A stretch of DNA of 64,000 bases from an uncultured bacterium (lineage in GTDB: Bacteria; Acidobacteriota; Thermoanaerobaculia; Multivoradales; JAHZIX01), in contig CBDUPA010000013.1 in the NCBI GenBank assembly GCA_965368975.1, positions 1 through 64,000 on the forward strand, given 5' to 3'. Made by a program: the position numbers and the translations under genes. Positions 28,673 through 37,214 of the stretch are shown here, in pieces. How positions within the stretch are numbered: the first letter of the stretch is position 1; each line of letters begins with the position of its first letter. Under the pieces are notes generated by a model. The model was not told the origin of the DNA. It did no database searches and saw only the letters and a program-made list of their open reading frames with translations.

Positions 28673-29613
28673 GCCGCCTCCTCTTCCCGATAGCCGGAAA
28701 GCAGATAGAGCACCGCCATGCGAACGGCGACGCCATTGGAAACCTGTTCCAGGATCACCGAACGCTCGCCATCAGCGACTCGGCTGTCGATTTCGATGCC
28801 TCGGTTCATTGGCCCCGGGTGCATGACGATCGCCTCCGGATGCGCGCGCTCGAGGCGCTGCGGCGTCAGCGCGAACATGCGGAAGTATTCCTTGACCGTC
28901 GGTACCGTCATCTGTTCCTGGCGCTCGAACTGCATCCGCAGCATCATCACCACGTCCGCACCCTCGACTGCCGCATCGAAGTCGTGACTGACGGTAACTC
29001 CCATCTTCTCGACCTCCACCGGCATCAGCGTGTAGGGGCCGCAGACGGTGACGTGGGCGCCCATCTTGCTCAGCAAGTGAATGTTCGAACGCACTACCCG
29101 GCTGTGCTCGATGTCACCGACAATGACAACCTTCAGGCCTTCCAGCCGCCCCTTGTGTTGGCGGATGGTGAATGCGTCGAGCAAGGCCTGCGTCGGGTGC
29201 TCGTGTGCGCCATCTCCGGCATTGATGACGCCAGCGTCGAGACGCTTGGCCAGAAGATGCGGTGCGCCTGGGTGCGCGTGACGGATGACAATGAGGTCCG
29301 GGGACATCGCCTGCAGGTTGAGCGCGGTATCGATCAACCCTTCGCCCTTGGACAGCGCCGAGGTCGAGGCCGAGAAGTTGAGAATGTCGGCCGACAGCCG
29401 TTTCTGCGCCAGCTCGAACGAGGAGCGTGTGCGCGTCGAGGCTTCGAAGAAGAGGTTGATGACCGTGCGGCCGCGCAAGGTCGGTACCTTCTTGATCGGG
29501 CGAGCCGCGACCTCGCGGAAGCCCTCCGCGGTGTCCAGGATCAGCTGGATTTCCTGCGGACTGAGCTCGGCGATGCCGAGCAGGTCCTTGTGCTGCCAGG
29601 TGACTTCCGTCAT
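28669..29613 (-). CDS. pyrB: Aspartate carbamoyltransferase catalytic subunit
   Basis: [24 protein letters not shown] and MHPGP; start at ATG 29613 after GGAGG. Confidence 0.97.
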   Translation of the reverse strand: MTEVTWQHKDLLGIAELSPQEIQLILDTAEGFREVAARPIKKVPTLRGRTVINLFFEASTRTRSSFELAQKRLSADILNFSASTSALSKGEGLIDTALNLQAMSPDLIVIRHAHPGAPHLLAKRLDAGVINAGDGAHEHPTQALLDAFTIRQHKGRLEGLKVVIVGDIEHSRVVRSNIHLLSKMGAHVTVCGPYTLMPVEVEKMGVTVSHDFDAAVEGADVVMMLRMQFERQEQMTVPTVKEYFRMFALTPQRLERAHPEAIVMHPGPMNRGIEIDSRVADGERSVILEQVSNGVAVRMAVLYLLSGYREEEAA

Positions 29614-29629
29614 CGAACCTCCGTGCGTT

Positions 29630-30259
29630 TCACGCCTGCGCGGCTGGCTCTGCGTCCGCGATGGGTGAGCGTTCCAGAATACGTACCTGGTCGACACCGT
29701 CGACCGCCTTGAAGCGAACTTCGACGTGCTCGGTACGGCGCGTCGGCACCGCCTTGCCGACGGTGTCGGCCTGAATCGGTAGGTCGCGGTGACCTCGGTC
29801 GATCAGGACCGCTAACCGCACCGCCTTTGGACGCCCGTAGTCTTGCAACGCGTCGAGCGCCGCACGCACGGTGCGTCCACTGAAGAGAACGTCATCACAC
29901 AACACCAACACTTTGCCGTCGATCATGCCTGGAAGCCGCGACTCGCGCACCTCCGGATACGGACCGATGGCCGAGAGGTCGTCGCGGTACAACGTGATGT
30001 CGAGCTCGCCCAACAGGACCTCGGTGTCCTCGCTCTCACGGATCACCTGCGCCAGGCGCTCGGCGAGGGGTACACCGCGCGTGCGAATACCGACCAACAA
30101 CAAGTCGTCGACCCCGTCCTGTTCCACGATCTCGCCGGCCATCCGGCGGATGATGCGGCCGAGCTGCTTGGCGTCCAAGATGGTCGTCTTGGGCATCCAG
30201 GTATCGGGTGTGGTGCCGGATTTGTTGTCAGGCCTGCTATCAGACTTGCTGTCAGACAA
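29630..30259 (-). CDS. pyrR: PyrR regulator/uracil phosphoribosyltransferase
   Basis: [28 protein letters not shown] and DRGHRDLPI; TTG start after GGAGG (or ATG 30196). Confidence 0.93.
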   Translation of the reverse strand: MSDSKSDSRPDNKSGTTPDTWMPKTTILDAKQLGRIIRRMAGEIVEQDGVDDLLLVGIRTRGVPLAERLAQVIRESEDTEVLLGELDITLYRDDLSAIGPYPEVRESRLPGMIDGKVLVLCDDVLFSGRTVRAALDALQDYGRPKAVRLAVLIDRGHRDLPIQADTVGKAVPTRRTEHVEVRFKAVDGVDQVRILERSPIADAEPAAQA

Positions 30260-30438
30260 GGCGTGCCTCCCTTCGCGATTCTCCTCGAACCGGCGGCATG
30301 GTACGACCGGCGGACGGCCGCTGTCAACGCAGCTGGCGACGCGGTATGGATATACCGTCACCTAGCTGCCGAGCACGCAGCAAAAAGGACCGCCAAAGCG
30401 GCCCTGATGCCAAACGAGCGTTGTTGCGAGAACTCAGC

Positions 30439-30969
30439 TCAGCTGGCAGCCTTGACCGCCTGCTGCGCCTGATTGCGCTTGTCGAGACCAGACTCGAGCG
30501 CTTCCTCGACCATCACACGCGCCGCGTCCTCGTCGACTTCGCGCACGTGGGCGACCTCGCTGACGATGAAGTACTTGGCACGCTCGAACATCTTCTTCTC
30601 GCGGAACGACAAACTCTTCTTCTCGCTCACCAGCCGCAGATTCTTCAGCACCTCGGCGACCTCGGTCAGGTTGCCGGTGCGCATCTTGTCGAGATTCTGC
30701 TTGTAGCGGCCCTTCCAGTCCTTGTAGGTGTCGATGTTGCCGTCTTCCAGAATCTTGAACAAGGCGTTGATCTCGTCCTGCTTGCACAGCGGCCGAAGAC
30801 CCACCAAGTCCAGGTTGTCTTCCGGAACCATCACCTTGGAATTGTTCGATAAGAGGCGGAGGTGATAGTAGGTCTGTTCGACGCCATCGATCTTGTCCGG
30901 CTGGATCTTCTCTACTACGCTGACGCCGTGGTTGGGATAGACCACCTTTTGGCTGACGCTGAATGTCAC
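30439..30969 (-). CDS. carD: CarD family transcriptional regulator
   Basis: VVYPNHGV, KVMVP..N...VGLR, WKGRY and LSFREKKM. Confidence 0.94.
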   Translation of the reverse strand: MTFSVSQKVVYPNHGVSVVEKIQPDKIDGVEQTYYHLRLLSNNSKVMVPEDNLDLVGLRPLCKQDEINALFKILEDGNIDTYKDWKGRYKQNLDKMRTGNLTEVAEVLKNLRLVSEKKSLSFREKKMFERAKYFIVSEVAHVREVDEDAARVMVEEALESGLDKRNQAQQAVKAAS

Positions 30970-31297
30970 TGAAGAACTCCCTTTGCACTGAGTGATGTGG
31001 ACGGATACCTCGTCGGTACAAAACCGGCCGGTAGTTCCGGTCCGTACCCGCTACTTGCACGCGGTTGGCTGGCTCGAGAGACTGCCGGACGGCGAGAGTG
31101 ACGGAGGATCCTGGACGAGTACCGGGTGCACGTTTGTGCCGGGGTCCGGCTAGCTTGGTTTCAGGTTCGCTACCCGGCTGATTTAGCTGCCTGCTTCAGT
31201 CGCCAGGGTTGCGGCGCTGGATTTGCGGCGCTGAGTTGCGTCGAGCGGTGCCCGGTGTACGACCTCAATAGATCTTTTGACACCACTCGTAGGCTCA

Positions 31298-31326
31298 TTT
31301 ATACAGCTTTATGGCCTATTTGTCAA
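31298..31326 (-). promoter_or_regulatory. Putative sigma70 promoter of carD
   Basis: Minus strand TTGACA (31326-31321), 17-bp spacer, TATAAA (31303-31298). Confidence 0.55.
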
Positions 31327-31355
31327 GATTTACACCCTCCGGACCACCGTGGCCA

Positions 31356-31385
31356 TTGACAGGAGGTCGGCGGGGTCGCTACCAT
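31356..31385 (+). promoter_or_regulatory. Putative sigma70 promoter of tRNA-Leu(CAA)
   Basis: TTGACA, 18-bp spacer, TACCAT. Confidence 0.6.
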
Positions 31386-31440
31386 TTCCGTCTCGTGGTC
31401 TTCGATCTCCTCAAACTCCTTCGGGGGTCACGAAAGCAAG

Positions 31441-31528
31441 GCCGGAGTGGCGGAATTGGTAGACGCAGGGGACTCAAAATCCCCCGCTCCTTGTGGGCTT
31501 GAGAGTTCGAGTCTCTCCTCCGGCACCA
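31441..31528 (+). tRNA. tRNA-Leu(CAA)
   Basis: GCCGGAGTGGCGGAATTGGTAGACGCA, anticodon arm GGGGA-CTCAAAA-TCCCC, variable arm, GTTCGAGTC, CCA end. Confidence 0.96.
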
Positions 31529-31564
31529 CACCTCCATCCTCCTCCGTGAGGTGTTCCCGACTTC

Positions 31565-31600
31565 AAGCCCGCCTCACCCTCTGGAGGCGGGTTTTCTTTT
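31565..31600 (+). terminator. Intrinsic terminator after tRNA-Leu(CAA)
   Basis: AAGCCCGCCTC-loop-GAGGCGGGTTTTCTTTT. Confidence 0.8.
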
Positions 31601-31602
31601 GC

Positions 31603-33045
31603 CTACGGGTTTTCTCTTGCTAAGGAGTCCGCAGGATTCGCGACCGGCAGTAGAACCTCGAAGCAAGCACCGATCGGCTGGTCGCGCAGGTGCACCTCGC
31701 CCCCGTGGAGGCGAGCGACCCAGCGCACCAAGTCAAGGCCGATACCGCCAACGCGGGACGATGATGGACGGGTGGCGGCACGCCCTTGGTAATGCCGCTC
31801 GAAGATGAAGGCGCGATCCGCCTCTGGAATGCCCGGCCCTTGGTCACGCACACGCAGCCGTACCCATGGGGCGTCGAAGTCGAGTTCGATGCGAACTTCC
31901 CCGCCCTGCGGGCTGTGCTTGACCGCATTGTCGAGCAGGTTGATCAGCATCAGCTCTAGCTGTGCTGAGTCGCCAAGCACCACTGGCAAGGTCTCTGCGC
32001 TGCCCAGTGCACCCACCGCGGAAGGGCAGGTAAACTCGATCTTCAGCTCAAGGCCGCGCTCTTCGATCGTTGCTGCGAGGGTACGCCGAGCGCAATCTGC
32101 AACGTTGTGCAGATCGACGGCGTCCCCGGGTGTTGGTCGTCCGGCCCGATCCTCACGGGCGAGCAACAGCAGTGCTTCCACCGACCGGCTGAGACGTTCG
32201 ATCTCGAGCAGCATCTCTTCACCGAGTTGTCGGTACTCGTCTTCACTGCGTGAGCGGCGGAGACACACCTGGAGGCTCGTGCGCAGGCTGGCCAGCGGTG
32301 AACGTAGTTCATGCGAGGCGTTGGCCGTGAAGCGCTGCATGCGGTGTACCGCCGCCTCGACGCGCGACAGCAGTCGATTGAAGGCTCCGGCCAACGCACC
32401 GATCTCGACTACGCGCCAGGGTTCCGGTACCCGCTGACTGAGGTCGTCGGGCGAGATCGAGTCGATACGCGACATCAGGCGCTGCACCGGTTGCAGAATC
32501 GAGCGCGTCAGATAGCGACTGGCCAGCAGGCTGATCGGCAGCAGGATCAGCCCCGTCAGCAGCAAGCTGTCGAGCATCGAGCGCAGGCGGCGGTCGATCA
32601 GGCGTGGACGCATGAACGCTTGCACACGCGTGTTCGGCTTGTTCCACACCGGGTGCTCTAGCCACACGAGGTGATCGCCGTCGGCGGCCTTGATGGAACG
32701 CAGGTTGTCGGCCTCCGCCTTCTCCCCGCTGGTTTGCCAGTCGTCCGGCAAGCCCGGGAACCCGGGAGTCGCCGCTACCACTTCGCCATCGCGCAGTACG
32801 CGCAGCCAGATCGGCCCGGGTGTGTGCTCCTCGTCCAACCGCACCAGCTCGGGAAAGTCGAGTCCACCGCCGGCCGCGAGGTAGGACGCCAGCGCCTCGA
32901 CCTCCGAGTACAGCAAGTAGTTCAGTTCCGTGCGATTCTGACGACTCTGGATGCCCAGTAGGATCAGGCAGCCGGCCAGGTAGAGCACCGCTGCAATGGC
33001 GGTGAAGGCCAGCTGCAGGATGGTCGAGAAGCGGAGCGAACGCAT
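31603..33045 (-). CDS. Sensor histidine kinase (HAMP, HisKA, HATPase)
   Basis: FTANASHELRSPL H-box, NLLDNAVKH, DQGPGI and GGIGLDL; two TM helices. Confidence 0.94.
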   Translation of the reverse strand: MRSLRFSTILQLAFTAIAAVLYLAGCLILLGIQSRQNRTELNYLLYSEVEALASYLAAGGGLDFPELVRLDEEHTPGPIWLRVLRDGEVVAATPGFPGLPDDWQTSGEKAEADNLRSIKAADGDHLVWLEHPVWNKPNTRVQAFMRPRLIDRRLRSMLDSLLLTGLILLPISLLASRYLTRSILQPVQRLMSRIDSISPDDLSQRVPEPWRVVEIGALAGAFNRLLSRVEAAVHRMQRFTANASHELRSPLASLRTSLQVCLRRSRSEDEYRQLGEEMLLEIERLSRSVEALLLLAREDRAGRPTPGDAVDLHNVADCARRTLAATIEERGLELKIEFTCPSAVGALGSAETLPVVLGDSAQLELMLINLLDNAVKHSPQGGEVRIELDFDAPWVRLRVRDQGPGIPEADRAFIFERHYQGRAATRPSSSRVGGIGLDLVRWVARLHGGEVHLRDQPIGACFEVLLPVANPADSLARENP

Positions 33046-33752
33046 CAGACCTCCCACCCGCGGTCGCTCTCGCCCGAGTCAGCCTGTTCGCGCAGCACGT
33101 AGCCCAAGCCCTTGACGGTGTGCAAGAGTCTTCGACCGCCAGCGGCGGCGATCTTGCGCCGTAGCCGCGAGATGACGACATCGATGACGTTGCTGTCGGG
33201 CATCGAGCTGTCGTCCCAGGCGTGCTCGAGCAGGTCGACGCGATCGATCACATGGCCGGGGTGCAGCAGGAACTGCTCGAGAACCGCCAGTTCCTTGGCC
33301 GTCAAGTTGAGCTGCTGGTCGCGCACACGAGCGGTTCGGGCGTCGCGGTCGAGGCGCAACTCTCCCAGGCTCAGTTCGCGCCGCGGCGCTACCTTCGGTC
33401 TCCGCAGCAAGCTGCGCAGACGTGCCAGCAACTCGTCGAAGTCGAACGGCTTGGTCAGGTAGTCGTCGGCTCCCTGGTCCAGGCCGTGCACCTTGTCTTC
33501 CAGCGTGTCGCGGGCGGTCAACAGGAGCACCGGCGCCACCAGCCCTTCGCGTCGCCACTGCCCGAGCAGGGTCAGACCGTCGCCGTCCGGGAGCATCAGG
33601 TCGAGGATGATCACATCATAGTCGTTGACCAGTGCCAGTTCGCTAGCGGCAGCCAGCGTAGCTCCGCAGTCGACCGCGTAGCCTTCCTCGCGCAGCCCCT
33701 GGACCAGCCGTCGCGCCAGTTGGTCTTCGTCTTCGATCAAGAGCACTCGCAT
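33045..33752 (-). CDS. OmpR/PhoB family response regulator
   Basis: MRVLLIEDE, LDLMLP, GADDYLTKPF, SNVIDVVISRLRRK and TVKGLGY. Confidence 0.95.
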   Translation of the reverse strand: MRVLLIEDEDQLARRLVQGLREEGYAVDCGATLAAASELALVNDYDVIILDLMLPDGDGLTLLGQWRREGLVAPVLLLTARDTLEDKVHGLDQGADDYLTKPFDFDELLARLRSLLRRPKVAPRRELSLGELRLDRDARTARVRDQQLNLTAKELAVLEQFLLHPGHVIDRVDLLEHAWDDSSMPDSNVIDVVISRLRRKIAAAGGRRLLHTVKGLGYVLREQADSGESDRGWEV

Positions 33753-33891
33753 ATCCAAGATGGTATCCCGATGCGGGGCTGGTCGCCATCGCGGGCCCGC
33801 CATCGCCAGTCCCTCAGCGGGGGCCTGTCTCGCGAGGCGGGCAGGCTCTGTCTCGGCACGCGTCTGCACGCAACTGGCGCTCCGCTTCGGT

Positions 33892-33925
33892 CGTTCATCT
33901 TCCGTTCATGTCGGCTCCATACACT
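33892..33925 (+). promoter_or_regulatory. Putative OmpR-family binding box plus -10 element of the yceI operon
   Basis: CGTTCAT direct repeat with 11-bp period (33892 and 33903), followed by TACACT at 33920-33925. Confidence 0.55.
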
Positions 33926-33976
33926 GTCCGCGGCTGGCCGGCAGTCAAGCCGGCGCTTCCTCTCAAGGAGATCTCC

Positions 33977-34639
33977 ATGAGGCCGACACCCACATCTCTG
34001 ACGCTCCTAGCTCTCCTCTTCACCGTCCCCGTCCTGCCTGCCGTCTCGACTCTGCCGGCACACGCCGCACAGCAGCAACTCGTGCTGTCGCCGGACGAGA
34101 CCGAGATCACGATCTTCCTCGAGGCGACGGGCCACGACGTCCACGGCACGTTCTATCTGCAAGCCGGGACCATCACCTTCGACACCGAGACTGGCGAGGC
34201 CGACGGTCTGATTACCGTCGATGCGACGCGCGGCGAGACCGGCAACAAGAAGCGCGATCGCAAGATGCACGGCACGGTGCTGGAATCCGACAAGTTCCCG
34301 CTCATCCAGTTCCGCCCCGAGCGCGTTCACGGCACCGTCGCGGCCCAAGGCGAAAGTCAGCTCGACCTGTCGGGCAAGCTGTCGATCCACGGCAGCGAGC
34401 ACGACGTCACCCTGGCCGCCGAGGTGCACCGCGAAGGTGACCAGCTGCGGGCCGAGACCGACGTGCCGGTGCCCTTTGTCGAGTGGGGCATGGAAGATCC
34501 GAGCATCTTCATCCTTTCGGTCGCCAAAGTCGTCCAGGTCCACCTGAGCGCCGTCGGCACGCTGAGCGCTGTCGCAGCCTCTGCTGCGGAGCCCACCGAC
34601 GAACCTGCCGCCGCGACCGCTGGCGGAGTCCAGCGCTGA
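33977..34639 (+). CDS. YceI family polyisoprenoid-binding periplasmic protein
   Basis: Signal peptide; HDVHGTF, ETGNKKRDRKM, FPLIQF and GKLSIHG. Confidence 0.88.
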   Translation: MRPTPTSLTLLALLFTVPVLPAVSTLPAHAAQQQLVLSPDETEITIFLEATGHDVHGTFYLQAGTITFDTETGEADGLITVDATRGETGNKKRDRKMHGTVLESDKFPLIQFRPERVHGTVAAQGESQLDLSGKLSIHGSEHDVTLAAEVHREGDQLRAETDVPVPFVEWGMEDPSIFILSVAKVVQVHLSAVGTLSAVAASAAEPTDEPAAATAGGVQR

Positions 34640-34668
34640 GCGCCCTACCACTGCTCAGAGACGGCACG

Positions 34669-35703
34669 ATGACATCCCATCCTGTGACCCCCTTTCCTTC
34701 TACCGATGGACGACCTTCCAAGCGCCGACGTGCCCGACTGTTGCCACCGCCACAGATGCGTTACTTGCTCGACGGTTTCCGAGACCTGCTGCCGCTCCAT
34801 CAGGGCATCGAGCCGCACCTGCAGGCCGTCCTGCGTGACACCCTGAAACATCCCGGCAGTCTGCTGCGGGCGCAGATCGCCTACAGCCTGATGCACCGGC
34901 ACGGCGTCGAAGCTCGGCGCGCGCGCGCCGGCGCCATCGCCATCGAGTACTTCCACACCGCGTCGCTGATCTTCGACGACATGCCGAGCATGGACGATGC
35001 CGAGCAGCGACGCGGTCACCCCTGTCCGCACCGGCTGTACGGTGAAGCCGCCGCGACGCTCGGTGCGCTGGCCCTGATCACCCAAGCCTACGCCCTGGTC
35101 TGGCAGTCGCTGGACCACCTTCCGGCCAAGGCGCGCGGTGAAGCGACCAAGCTGGTGTCGTCGTGCCTCGGCGTCGGCGGCATCCTCAACGGTCAATCCT
35201 ATGACCTCCACTTCGCCGAGGTCGACGCGACTGGGGATGCCGAGGCCGTACTGCAGGTCGCCGAAGGCAAGACTGCGTCTCTGGTGCGCTTGTCGTTGCT
35301 GCTGCCGGCCTGGATCGCTGAACTGGATCCACGACCGCGTCATCTGCTCGACCGCCTGGCCACGCTGTGGGGTCTCAGCTACCAGATCGTCGACGACTTC
35401 GGCGATCTGTTCCTCGACCCGAGCGTCAGCGGCAAGTCGAGCCAGCGTGACGATCTGCTCGGTCGCCCCAACCTGCCCATGGCCAGCGGTGCCGCGGCGG
35501 CGCTGGAGCAGCTCGAGAACCTGCTCACCGAGGCACAGGCGCTGCTGCGCGAGCTCTATCGGGGCGCTTCGCTGACGGCTGAGCCGTGGACGGAGTTGGA
35601 ATCTCTACAGGGCTTGTTGAACGACGAGGCAGTCCGCTTGCGCAGCGAGCTGGGCCTACGCGAGCAATCCGACGCCAACATACCGGTCGGGGCCTGCGCC
35701 TGA
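34669..35703 (+). CDS. Polyprenyl diphosphate synthase (IspA/CrtE-like)
   Basis: FARM HTASLIFDDMPSMDD...RRG, GQSYDL, KTASL and SARM YQIVDDFGD. Confidence 0.9.
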   Translation: MTSHPVTPFPSTDGRPSKRRRARLLPPPQMRYLLDGFRDLLPLHQGIEPHLQAVLRDTLKHPGSLLRAQIAYSLMHRHGVEARRARAGAIAIEYFHTASLIFDDMPSMDDAEQRRGHPCPHRLYGEAAATLGALALITQAYALVWQSLDHLPAKARGEATKLVSSCLGVGGILNGQSYDLHFAEVDATGDAEAVLQVAEGKTASLVRLSLLLPAWIAELDPRPRHLLDRLATLWGLSYQIVDDFGDLFLDPSVSGKSSQRDDLLGRPNLPMASGAAAALEQLENLLTEAQALLRELYRGASLTAEPWTELESLQGLLNDEAVRLRSELGLREQSDANIPVGACA

Positions 35704-35714
35704 AGGAGGCTGCG

Positions 35715-37214
35715 ATGGCGGTTGTGCCGGAGGACACGGTTCCGAGGTACACGGTGCCGGAGGACACGCGCGAGAACGTGCTGCGGCTGGTGACGGTCCA
35801 CAGCCTGACGTGGCTGGCGGTAGGCAACGCCGTCGGTCTGCTGCTGGCGACGCTGCTGCTGGTTCCGCGCCTGGGCGACTGGATAGCCCCGTTGACCTAC
35901 GGCCGCTGGATGCCGTTGCATCTCGACTTGCAGTTCTACGGCTGGTGCACGCTGCCGCTGGTCGCGCTCCTCTACCACCTCTACCTACCACCGCGGCCGG
36001 GGCGCTTGCCTTCGGTCGCGGTCGGGCTGTGGTCTGGAAGTCTGCTGTTCAGCGCCGTCTCCTGGTTGAGTGGCCACAGCAGCGGCAAGCTCTACCTCGA
36101 CTGGCAGGGTGCCGCTCGCTGGGCGCTGGCGCTCGGTCTGGCGGCACTGGCCCTGGCGATCATCCACGCCTACGGCCGCACGCTGCTGGAGTGGCGGCGC
36201 ATGTCCGCCACATCCGGCAGGGCTCGCGGCGACGGACGGATCCCGCGACAAGGACTCCTCCTCCGGGCCGCCGGCATCTTGCTACTCGTGCCGGCGCCTT
36301 TCCTGCTCTTCCTGGCCACCAGCCAGCGAGTCTACCAGCCAGTCAACCCAGCCGGCGGTGGTGCTACCCACACCAGCACGCTCGGTAGCGTCCTGGGTGT
36401 GGTGTTGATCGTGCTCCTCCTGCCCTCGCTGCTCGGCCTGCAACCGGCGACACCCGTGCGCCGTTTCGTCGTCCGCCTGCGCTGGCCGGCAGTTCTGCTC
36501 GGCTTCCACTTCCTCGTCTTCGCTCTCCTCGACCATGGAGACGTCTCGCACCGGGAGCCCCTGCAGTGGCTCTCACTGGTCACCCTCTTGCCCTGGCTGC
36601 CCTTGCTCACCGCCTACTACCGGCGCTTCGCCTGGCCGCGGGCTGCGCGGCCGTGGCTGCGCGCGATGGTGGTCTGGGGTGCGGTGCTGCTGCTCACCGG
36701 ACTGTTCGCCGGCCTGCCTGGTGGCCAGGAGCTGTGGAAGTTCACCAACGCCCTCGTCGGGCACGTGCACGCGGCGCTCGCCGGCCTGGTCTCGTGCTGG
36801 CTGGCTCTGCTCTTGCTCATGCTGGCCGTTCTGCAGAACGGCAGCCGCCGTGAGGACAGGAGCCCACGAACGCCGTTCGAGGACGGTTCCGCCTTCTGGG
36901 CCTGGCAACTGGGCGGCGCTGTGCACGTCGCGGCGCTGCTGGTTCTCGGGACCTTCGAAGGGCTCGACCCTCACCTTCTCACCACCCGCGGTACCGGTGT
37001 CGTTTTCGCCTACGCCTGCCGCTGGCTCGGTGGCCTGGCCATGTTCATCGCTGCCGCGCGCTGGTTGATCGCTGGCTTACGTTTGAGCGTCCCACAGAGG
37101 AAGCTCACGGAGATTCTCTCGCATGACCTCCACTCACCCGACAGCTTCTCCTCCGAGCCCAACCCCCACCTCGTCCCGTCTCCTGCTCTACAGTCTCGCC
37201 GCAGGGGGAGCTGA
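35715..37214 (+). CDS. Divergent cbb3-type cytochrome c oxidase subunit I (CcoN)-like membrane protein
   Basis: YGRWMPLH (cf. FGRLRPLH), GHSSGKLY (cf. GFTSSKEY) and FTNALVGHVHAALAG (cf. YTDWTIGHVHAGALG); AAGGAGG SD. Confidence 0.72.
   Translation: MAVVPEDTVPRYTVPEDTRENVLRLVTVHSLTWLAVGNAVGLLLATLLLVPRLGDWIAPLTYGRWMPLHLDLQFYGWCTLPLVALLYHLYLPPRPGRLPSVAVGLWSGSLLFSAVSWLSGHSSGKLYLDWQGAARWALALGLAALALAIIHAYGRTLLEWRRMSATSGRARGDGRIPRQGLLLRAAGILLLVPAPFLLFLATSQRVYQPVNPAGGGATHTSTLGSVLGVVLIVLLLPSLLGLQPATPVRRFVVRLRWPAVLLGFHFLVFALLDHGDVSHREPLQWLSLVTLLPWLPLLTAYYRRFAWPRAARPWLRAMVVWGAVLLLTGLFAGLPGGQELWKFTNALVGHVHAALAGLVSCWLALLLLMLAVLQNGSRREDRSPRTPFEDGSAFWAWQLGGAVHVAALLVLGTFEGLDPHLLTTRGTGVVFAYACRWLGGLAMFIAAARWLIAGLRLSVPQRKLTEILSHDLHSPDSFSSEPNPHLVPSPALQSRRRGS

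Noticed and set aside
30260-30438. PyrR attenuator upstream of pyrR
   Set aside because: Could not identify the PyrR binding loop or a terminator/antiterminator pair
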